In this document: in pieces, positions 29,201 to 35,898 of the stretch
Numbering within the stretch: the first letter of the stretch is position 1
How the letters are laid out: every line of letters starts with the position of its first letter
Assembly (NCBI GenBank): GCA_016234845.1
Contig: JACRNP010000012.1
Location: forward strand, 478-64,477
Direction: 5' to 3'
DNA length: 64,000 nt
DNA from: Deltaproteobacteria bacterium
GTDB lineage: Bacteria; Desulfobacterota; Deferrimicrobia; Deferrimicrobiales; Deferrimicrobiaceae
The notes under the pieces: generated by a model
What the model was told of the DNA's origin: nothing
The model's input: only the letters and a program-made list of their open reading frames with translations
The model's database searches: none
Made by a program: the position numbers and the translations under genes

Positions 29201-30505
29201 GACATCGCCCGGATCACCTTCTGGGAAGACGCGGACCTGAGCGGAACCGTGAACGGGGGTGACATCCAGATCGGCGGAGACGCGGTTTTCTCGGGGACCG
29301 ACAACGGCTACACGGTTGCGCCGGTCTCCTACTCCGTACCCGCGAGCACCACGAAACAGGTGCTGGTCGTGGTCGACATCGGCGCGGCCGCGGTCAACGG
29401 ACGCACCATGGCGTTCTCCACGGTAAACGGCGAGCTCAAGGCGTCGTACGGCACGATCAACGCGTGGACGACGTTCACCTCGAACACTTTCACCGTCGCC
29501 GCGCCGGGCACCCTCACCGTATCCACGCCCGACGCCTTACCGGCGGCCGGCCCCGTGATGGTGGGTTCTGGGAACAACGTGGTGGACAAGATCAACCTCG
29601 TTGCGAGCGGCGGGTTCTCGACCGTCACGGGCCTCAAGGTGAAGCAGCTGGGCACTGCGGTGAACTCGACCGACATCTCGGCCGTCACCTTCTGGCGGGA
29701 CGTGAACTCGAACGGGACGCTGGAAACCGGCACCGATACGCTTCTCGGAGGCGCGGCCACCTTCAGCGGGGCGGATAATACTTACTCGGTGTCTGGGTTG
29801 TCGCTGACGGTTTCTTCCGGGGCGACGGAGCGGATTCTCGTGGTCGACAACGTGGCGGCGGGAGCCACCACCACGCGGACGATCCAGACCCAGGTGGTCG
29901 ACGCCTCCTACGTGACCCTGTCCGCGGGGACGGTGGCGGGGACCTTCCCGATTACGGCGTCCACGGTACAGACGATCAGCAGCGGAGGGCAGCTCACGGT
30001 GACCACGCCCGACGCGCTTCCCGCGGCCGGGGACATCCGCGGCGCCTCGGACAACAACGTGGTGGACAGGATCACCCTCACCGCGGCTACGGCGAACGTG
30101 ACGGTGAGCGGACTCTGGGTGAAGGAGCTGGGTACCTCGGCGGACGGATCCGACATCTCCGCCGTGTCCTTCGTGGACAACACCGCCGGAGCGGGCACCC
30201 TGCTGGGCACGGCGACGTTCAACGCCGCCGACAACACCTACCGCCTGACGGGGCTGGGTCTCACCGTGGTGGTCGGGACGCCCCGGACGATCGTCGTGAT
30301 GGCGAACATCGCGAACGGAGCAACCGCGGCGAGGACCGTGCAGACCCAGGTGAACGACGGGTACGTCCAGGTTTCGACGGGAACGGTAAACGCCATCACC
30401 TCGTTCAGCTCGACGATCCAGACGATCCGGGCGCTCACCGGCAGACGATCCGGGCGCTCACCGGTCTGGTTATCACGGACACCGCGGGTTCGACGACGCC
30501 GGTGA
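26228..30505 (+). CDS. Giant multihaem c-type cytochrome, N-terminal part (1425 aa, about 18 haem motifs, then three tandem Ig-like repeats); the frame is broken near the 3' end by a 23-bp tandem duplication
   Basis: The signal peptide is MRLRGRTLLMGDRARFRPVHFILLLLLFLVFLGWPPGADA. Haem motifs include CYNCH, CDICH, CRDCH, CFACH, CSDCH, CIFCH, CKQCH, CLTCH, CFKCH, CTDCH, CDACH, CLECH, CTACH, CNSCH, CYVCH and CSNTKCH. Three roughly 160-aa repeats occupy aa 930-1400. The last 20 aa (RRSGRSPVWLSRTPRVRRRR) are out-of-frame translation after the duplication at 30419..30464. Confidence 0.8.
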   Translation: MRNINRNGKMRLRGRTLLMGDRARFRPVHFILLLLLFLVFLGWPPGADAAHDLSQDCYNCHNIQTGQVWAGSYSIWSGKAIGMSPYSRPVTCDICHSDYGNRFKSTSESHHPVPTIGVGAMVNDYDNGVRIDCRDCHNGNSVTTLTPNLIPDLAPTDYLSTAGNTATDGYPNHDVLFPNNQVVPGDNAHLLSMLLSAGQRTVSGSSVYNKVPSANPATDYAFCFACHDGSANTARAVNVRQDYIDKGHYFKSTGGGITAGDRIPCSDCHASHNSATNARLFEPDNTTWTGARPSGLTFASPYAPTNAEYRAVCIFCHEDYNSTDSVTTTKRVRNVAPAPRKWGVTGHAASDTQSCKQCHNPHKTPGGGPDCLTCHTAGGAAGAVYDYIDALFKGVGSDNTATQPASVGSLTWSQHGGFVSAGGAARFIYTSPYNTKAVNDCFKCHGDRHNNTYSLIDADGADSYAYSASLGMRDNTASGIANANAFCLTCHDGNGASADVQIGNVAPPNVAANYAGGGHGRPQASGAYTVSQNNPANLKCTDCHEVHGSNHAKLLPAKKNEVTANFTIPSNFPEKTFRSGGSTLLARDVDFTDYSSPASGNGFGTTGDPGDQRAPAGATTGFCDACHRFAGRANRGTDNVTGKTHTHEGIVGDLNQSSPSQMTFTKDCLECHDTHGTTNLEMVRTTINGVTPVTFTSRTGANSFDPVEGGSTANANSVCTACHQNPTENPALNVDHNFRSSTVNPDHNEDTNCTACHPHGTAADAKKFGFPQAACNSCHGTVSDTAGMPASGDTGTYHTDANNVIGTRAGDNTAHKIHVNYLVNKRGVARSSSCYVCHAGGGSGESGGHPGNPTNKNFKSGTQPSAVPYLQVALDNTGAVWNTWNGAGSGPTYSGTPGQAADNTNGWKTCSNTKCHYALSPSWSGKQQITALPGVMTVSTPDALPAAGNVLQGSTNNVIDKIRLQTDASGTVIDNQFKVRMGVGATAVYGTDIARITFWEDADLSGTVNGGDIQIGGDAVFSGTDNGYTVAPVSYSVPASTTKQVLVVVDIGAAAVNGRTMAFSTVNGELKASYGTINAWTTFTSNTFTVAAPGTLTVSTPDALPAAGPVMVGSGNNVVDKINLVASGGFSTVTGLKVKQLGTAVNSTDISAVTFWRDVNSNGTLETGTDTLLGGAATFSGADNTYSVSGLSLTVSSGATERILVVDNVAAGATTTRTIQTQVVDASYVTLSAGTVAGTFPITASTVQTISSGGQLTVTTPDALPAAGDIRGASDNNVVDRITLTAATANVTVSGLWVKELGTSADGSDISAVSFVDNTAGAGTLLGTATFNAADNTYRLTGLGLTVVVGTPRTIVVMANIANGATAARTVQTQVNDGYVQVSTGTVNAITSFSSTIQTIRALTGRRSGRSPVWLSRTPRVRRRR
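29020..30440 (+). repeat. Three tandem coding repeats of about 480 bp (about 160 aa each) encoding Ig-like/beta-sandwich modules inside the giant cytochrome
   Basis: The protein repeats begin LTVSTPDALPAAG[NPD]V..G[SA].NNV[IV]D[KR]I.L and end ...TFW.D...GT...G.D...GG.A.FSG.DN.Y.V..L.L.V. The DNA copies start near 29027, 29503 and 29989. My by-eye estimate of DNA identity is about 70%. Confidence 0.7.
30419..30464 (+). repeat. Perfect 23-bp tandem duplication (CAGACGATCCGGGCGCTCACCGG x2) that frameshifts the giant cytochrome gene
   Basis: Copy 1 is 30419-30441 and copy 2 is 30442-30464, and the two are identical. Because 23 = 3x7+2, the upstream frame hits a stop at 30503-30505. Removing one copy joins ...IQTIRALTG directly to LVITDTAGSTTPVTTTSLSASGTHQFY..., which is the frame of ORF 30502..35829. 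Confidence 0.85.
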
Positions 30506-33500
30506 CGACGACGAGCCTGAGCGCGAGCGGTACGCACCAGTTCTACTCCACCGCGACGTATTCGAGCGCCGCGTTGAACCAGAACGTGACCACCGGTTCC
30601 GCCTGGTCGCGCGCCGGCACCGCGACGGGGAGCACCGTCGGCGCCGCGACCGGCTTCTACACCGCGGGATCGACGGCGGGGACCGACAACGTGACGGCCA
30701 CCTACCGGGGGCAAACCGATAACACCACGGTGGACGTGACCACCGCCGCCGCGCGCACGTATTTCCTGTTCAGGCCGGGTGTCCAGACGAGCGTAGGCGC
30801 GGACGGCCAGATGCACAACGGTTGGACGAGCGCGACCACGTTTTCCCCGGCGCCCGGGAATACGGGAATGGCGACCTCGGCCTATTCGCCGACGCCAAAC
30901 GGGTGGAACACGGCCGTCAACCTGAGGATCAATTCGACGGGAACCACGACGTACCTTCTGATGCGTGCGTATACGATGGCGAACTACGCATCCGCCAACA
31001 CGATTCCGGCGCAGACCGTGAGCGGGCAGATCGGCCTTCGGAACGGGACCGGAAACGCGACCGCGTACCTGGCCCTCTACGATTACAATCCCGCCGGCGC
31101 CGCCGGGAACGGAACGCAGATCGGAGGCAATTCCGGAACGTTGAGCGTCACGGCAACCCAAACCAACTTCACTTGGTCGATCACGATCCCGTCCTCCTAC
31201 GTGATTCCGGTCGGCCATCGGCTCCAGCTCCGGCTCTATTACACCGCGTCCGTCTCCGCGCAGAGCAACCGCGCATACATAGGGTCCACCACGGTCGGAA
31301 CGAACAGCGGTTCGTTCACGATCACGGAGACCTCCACCGAAAACCTCGCTCCGCCCCGCACCACCGGCGGCGGCACCGCCATCGCCTGCAACACCTGCCA
31401 CCAGTTCGGGCCGGATGACGCGACGGCGGGATACAAGGACAGCAGCCAGTACTACTACGCCCTCCCCGGTTCGCACGCCAAGCACGGCGTTTCCCTGACC
31501 GCGGGGACCGATCCTGTGGCGGACAACGCGATCGACACCTGCACGATCTGCCACCTGGCCGGGACCGGCGCGTTCGGCTCGGACCACATGGACGGAACCG
31601 TCGATCTGCGTTCCGGGTCGATCGGCACACGGACCGCCGGTCCGGCGTACGCCGACGACGGGACGTACGCCGGCGCCTCCCGGACCTGCTCGAATGTGTA
31701 TTGCCACGCGGGACGTTCGACTCCGCAGGCCACCGGCCAATCGTGGGGATACGGAACGTCCACGTGCGGGGTCTGCCACGCGGTGACGCCCCCCTTCGGA
31801 AAGCACGCGCTCCACAACAACGGGAACGTGAACACTACGCCGTCGGACACCTCCACGGCGGGGAATTACAACTTCTCGTGCTACTACTGCCACCCCTCCG
31901 GCGCGGAGCATGTGAATTACCCGGTATCCGCGGTACAGGCGGCGCAGGTCTCCTTCTCCGGGACGCTCGGAGCGCAGACCCTGAGCGGCACCTATACCGC
32001 CGGCGGCACGACGGCCGGCTGGGACAACGTGGCGAGCCAGGGGCTCTCCTGGACGAACGGTTCCTGCGCCGTTTACTGCCACACGAACGGCCAGGGCGGG
32101 GCCGCCCTGGTCACTCCGACATGGAACCATTCGGGGTTCCCGACCGCGACGTGCGTCGGGTGCCACGACACGAGAGGCGCTGCGACGTCGCTGTCGACCC
32201 GCCACCGGAAGCACACAGACGACACCGCGACCACGGGGTACAACTTCTCCTGCGACGAATGCCACGCGACGACGGTGGCAAACGATTCGTGGACGACGTT
32301 ACACGCGACGACGGGCCGCCCCAACCACGTGGACGGCAACCCGACGGTGCAGTTCAGCACGACGCTTCGGGCGACAACGCTCGCCATTTCCGGGACGTTT
32401 ACACAGGGAGTCGACAGCTGCGCGAACACGTACTGCCACAGCGACGGGTCGAGCATCAAGAACGGCGGAACGATCCAGGCGAACTCGATCCGGTGGGACA
32501 ACACCACGACCCCGCTTCCGTGCAACTCGTGCCACGGCGCCGGCGGTCCGGTCTCCGGAGCCCCGAACTACACGACGTCCGGCAGCCGCAGGAACAGCCA
32601 TGCGGCGCACGCGTCGGTGACGTGCCAGACGTGCCACAGCCAGACGACGACGACCGGAAACACGATCACGACCGCGGCCAACCACGTGAACGGTACGTAC
32701 CAGGTGAACGGAACGGGATTCACGTACGCCTTCAACGCCACGACCGGATCCACGTGCGCCTTCACGTCGGGCTGCCACAGCGGCACGGTGACGTGGGGGA
32801 CGCCGCTGACCGGCGGATGCTTCGCCTGCCACACCGGCGCGGAAGTCGCGAACAAGCCGCTGGAGGCCGTGGACGGCGTGCCGAACCCCGTGGACAACAC
32901 ACAGTACAACGGCAACGGCCACGGGAACTCGACCGCCTTCACCTGGGACAGCATCGCCGGCCCGGCGTTCCTCTACAGCTATACCGGTACCCCGAACAGC
33001 GGCTGCTACGAGTGCCACAGCAGCGCGGCGAGCCATGTTCCGAAGAGCGCGGCGGACCCGTACCGGCTGGGCGCGTGGGCTTCGAACGTCGACGGCCTCT
33101 GCAACGACTGCCACGGTCCGTCGGCGACGAATCCGAACAAGGCGTTGAGCGCGCCGAACCTCGGAATCCTCGGTCACAACAAGGTGAACACGGGGTCGGC
33201 CAGGACGTGGCCGGGATCGTATGACTACAAGTGCGTCGATTGCCACGATCCTCACGGCGACGGCAACTACTTCATGGTTCGATCCGCCGTGAACAACCCG
33301 GTAAACTCCACCGACACGAACGCGGGGAGCAATTCCTTCGGCACGCCGAAAGACAACGCTCTCTCGAACGTCACGTTCACGAGCCTCGCCGGCTTCGCGG
33401 CGAACAGCTACGCCGTTTCAGGGACGGCGGACGGTATCTGCGAGGTGTGCCACAACCAGACCACCCTTTTCAACGCCAGCGGCTCCGACAACACCGGCAC

Positions 33501-35829
33501 CCACGCGTCCCGCACCGGCCGCTGCACCTCCTGCCACAAGCACGATACCGGCTTCAAGGGATCGGGAGATTGCGAGGCGTGCCACAACAACGCCCAGGGG
33601 CCGAGGCGCGCGATCACGGCGGAATTCGGATACGCGTCGCACCACAGCCAGGGCGTCACGGCGGCCACGGTGACCAAGGTCACCTGCTCCCAGTGTCACA
33701 TGGAAGCGAACGCGGACGGCTCGATGAGCACGACGTACCACAACAACGGCGCCTCTTCGCCGTACCCGATCGACCTGGTCGTGTACACGACATACCCTAC
33801 GCGCGGAACGCCGGTGTCGATCACGAATCTTGCGCAGGCGGACCTTGCGCCCGCCAGCGCGCATTGCCAGTCGTGCCACAACGCGACGAACCAGGCCGCC
33901 GCGCCGTTCAGCGGGGAGGGCGACACACGCACACCGAGGGTGTATGCATGGGACGCCACGCCGGTGGGTACGAAGTACGGGGCGACGACTACCGCTCCGT
34001 TCGGGAAGGTGTCTTCCACGACATACAATGTGGTTCCGGCTGACCTGATCAACAAGGCGTACTCTCCACACGGCAATCTCGCGAACAACCACGGAGGGTA
34101 CGCCACCAGCGGGGCATGGACGGACCGTTACGCGGCGACCAGCGGGACGGCGGCGCGAACCGCGGTTACGAACGTGGCGTGCCTGGACTGCCACAATTCG
34201 CACGGGTCGGGAGTGACCGGGGGTACCTCGTACGTCAGCCCGGCGTCGAGCTACACCGCGGCGACTTCCGCCCCCGGAAACGGCGGGATACTCAAGGACA
34301 CCGCGGCGTACACCCCCGCCGCGAGCACGACCGCGGGAAACCTGTACAGCGCGCAGGCGGATCTCTGCTTCGACTGTCACCTGGGGGATGACGCCACCGC
34401 CCCGAGGAAATTCACGAGCTACCGCTCGCCCGCGCCGACACAGCCTGTGCAAGGGTACTACGACGCCAACGGTCTCACCGGGGCGACGCGCTGGGGAACC
34501 TCGCAGATTTGGACCGGCAGCTTCGCCTACAAATCCGCGGTGTTCAAGGGAGGCCACTTCGGGGCGAGCACGACCACGGCGAGCGGCACTTCCGCGCTCA
34601 TGAAATCCACTCCCGCGGGGACGATCCTTGGCCTTTGCACGAAGTGCCACGATCCGCACGGGGTGGACCCTGCCGCGGCGAACGCGGCGTACCGGGTCCC
34701 GGCGCTGAAAGGGACGTGGATGACCTCCCCGTACAAGGAGGATCGGGCGGGGGATCTGGTCGGTGCGACCATTAACGACGCGAACACATGGTCCCCCTCG
34801 AACTCGTCGCGGTTTACGGGCACGCCCAAGCCGTACAGCGCGCCGCGGCAGAATCCGAGCTTCGCCTACAATCAGCCCGCCATCGTGGGCGGCGGATTCG
34901 GAACAGGGATCAGTGCTTCCACGTGGGGGAAGGGAGGAACGGGGTACAACGGATACTTCATCGACGACAACTCCTTCGGGAACAGCAAGATCAACGACAC
35001 GACGTACCGCCCGTGGTCGACGGCGATCACCGGGACGTACGTGACCGCCGCGGTTCCCGGGCTGAACGACACCCAGTTCGCGGGGCTGTGCCTGAGCTGC
35101 CACCCGAAGACGGGAACGCTCGCCGCAGGGAGCATCGGGAGCGTACTGACCTCGACGAACGGCCCATACACGTACGACTACTCGGGCCGCGGTAACAATA
35201 CTGCCTATACTAAAACGGTGACCGGCATCAACGACACGATCACGGTCCACCGCACGGTTCTCGGGTGGGACACGATCGCCACCGCGGCGAACCTGTTCAA
35301 ATACTACATGACCCGCCAGCACGCGATGGTCTGGAACGGGGGCGGCGGGCAGGCCGTCCGGTCGATCAGCAGCTATACGACCGCTCCGGGAGCGTACCGC
35401 TGGTCGGTGAATCCCGGGACCACGACGCACGCTGCCAATTGGAACCCGTACACCGATACCGCCTACGACACCGGGAACTACACCCTGGCGGCGGGAGGCC
35501 AGCAGTCGGCCAATTACACCGACAACACGTACCACCGGTTCGTCTGCTCGAAATGCCACACGCCACATGTGGCGCGGCTTCCGCGGTTGATGAAGACGAA
35601 CTGTCTCGATGTGGGGCCCAGCGCGACGCAGGCAACCTCGATCAACAAGCACGGAAGCACTTCCACGGCGTACACCGGCACGGGGTACACTTTCGGGGCG
35701 CAGATCGCCGATACGGACTCGGCCGGATTCAGCTACATGCCGAACGAGCGCCCGATGCACTGCCACAACCAGAAAAAGTCGAACAAGACGGGCGCCGGAG
35801 GGTGGAACACGGTCACGGGGTGGCCGTAA
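30502..35829 (+). CDS. Giant multihaem c-type cytochrome, C-terminal part (1775 aa, about 26 haem motifs); it has no signal peptide of its own and is probably the downstream part of a single roughly 3190-aa protein interrupted by the 23-bp duplication
   Basis: The GTG 'start' is followed by VTTTSLSASGTHQFYSTATYSS, a Thr/Ser-rich stretch that is not a signal peptide. A 280-aa non-haem Ser/Thr/Gly-rich region comes first. Then come CNTCH, CTICH, CSNVYCH, CGVCH, CYYCH, CAVYCH, CVGCH, CDECH, CANTYCH, CNSCH, CQTCH, CAFTSGCH, CFACH, CYECH, CNDCH, CVDCH, CEVCH, CTSCH, CEACH, CSQCH, CQSCH, CLDCH, CFDCH, CTKCH, CLSCH and CSKCH. Confidence 0.8.
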   Translation: MTTTSLSASGTHQFYSTATYSSAALNQNVTTGSAWSRAGTATGSTVGAATGFYTAGSTAGTDNVTATYRGQTDNTTVDVTTAAARTYFLFRPGVQTSVGADGQMHNGWTSATTFSPAPGNTGMATSAYSPTPNGWNTAVNLRINSTGTTTYLLMRAYTMANYASANTIPAQTVSGQIGLRNGTGNATAYLALYDYNPAGAAGNGTQIGGNSGTLSVTATQTNFTWSITIPSSYVIPVGHRLQLRLYYTASVSAQSNRAYIGSTTVGTNSGSFTITETSTENLAPPRTTGGGTAIACNTCHQFGPDDATAGYKDSSQYYYALPGSHAKHGVSLTAGTDPVADNAIDTCTICHLAGTGAFGSDHMDGTVDLRSGSIGTRTAGPAYADDGTYAGASRTCSNVYCHAGRSTPQATGQSWGYGTSTCGVCHAVTPPFGKHALHNNGNVNTTPSDTSTAGNYNFSCYYCHPSGAEHVNYPVSAVQAAQVSFSGTLGAQTLSGTYTAGGTTAGWDNVASQGLSWTNGSCAVYCHTNGQGGAALVTPTWNHSGFPTATCVGCHDTRGAATSLSTRHRKHTDDTATTGYNFSCDECHATTVANDSWTTLHATTGRPNHVDGNPTVQFSTTLRATTLAISGTFTQGVDSCANTYCHSDGSSIKNGGTIQANSIRWDNTTTPLPCNSCHGAGGPVSGAPNYTTSGSRRNSHAAHASVTCQTCHSQTTTTGNTITTAANHVNGTYQVNGTGFTYAFNATTGSTCAFTSGCHSGTVTWGTPLTGGCFACHTGAEVANKPLEAVDGVPNPVDNTQYNGNGHGNSTAFTWDSIAGPAFLYSYTGTPNSGCYECHSSAASHVPKSAADPYRLGAWASNVDGLCNDCHGPSATNPNKALSAPNLGILGHNKVNTGSARTWPGSYDYKCVDCHDPHGDGNYFMVRSAVNNPVNSTDTNAGSNSFGTPKDNALSNVTFTSLAGFAANSYAVSGTADGICEVCHNQTTLFNASGSDNTGTHASRTGRCTSCHKHDTGFKGSGDCEACHNNAQGPRRAITAEFGYASHHSQGVTAATVTKVTCSQCHMEANADGSMSTTYHNNGASSPYPIDLVVYTTYPTRGTPVSITNLAQADLAPASAHCQSCHNATNQAAAPFSGEGDTRTPRVYAWDATPVGTKYGATTTAPFGKVSSTTYNVVPADLINKAYSPHGNLANNHGGYATSGAWTDRYAATSGTAARTAVTNVACLDCHNSHGSGVTGGTSYVSPASSYTAATSAPGNGGILKDTAAYTPAASTTAGNLYSAQADLCFDCHLGDDATAPRKFTSYRSPAPTQPVQGYYDANGLTGATRWGTSQIWTGSFAYKSAVFKGGHFGASTTTASGTSALMKSTPAGTILGLCTKCHDPHGVDPAAANAAYRVPALKGTWMTSPYKEDRAGDLVGATINDANTWSPSNSSRFTGTPKPYSAPRQNPSFAYNQPAIVGGGFGTGISASTWGKGGTGYNGYFIDDNSFGNSKINDTTYRPWSTAITGTYVTAAVPGLNDTQFAGLCLSCHPKTGTLAAGSIGSVLTSTNGPYTYDYSGRGNNTAYTKTVTGINDTITVHRTVLGWDTIATAANLFKYYMTRQHAMVWNGGGGQAVRSISSYTTAPGAYRWSVNPGTTTHAANWNPYTDTAYDTGNYTLAAGGQQSANYTDNTYHRFVCSKCHTPHVARLPRLMKTNCLDVGPSATQATSINKHGSTSTAYTGTGYTFGAQIADTDSAGFSYMPNERPMHCHNQKKSNKTGAGGWNTVTGWP

Positions 35830-35898
35830 CCTCACGGTAACAAAGGGAGATTCGTAACGTATGAATAAGGGCAAGATATTGCGGAACGGGGCGGACAA

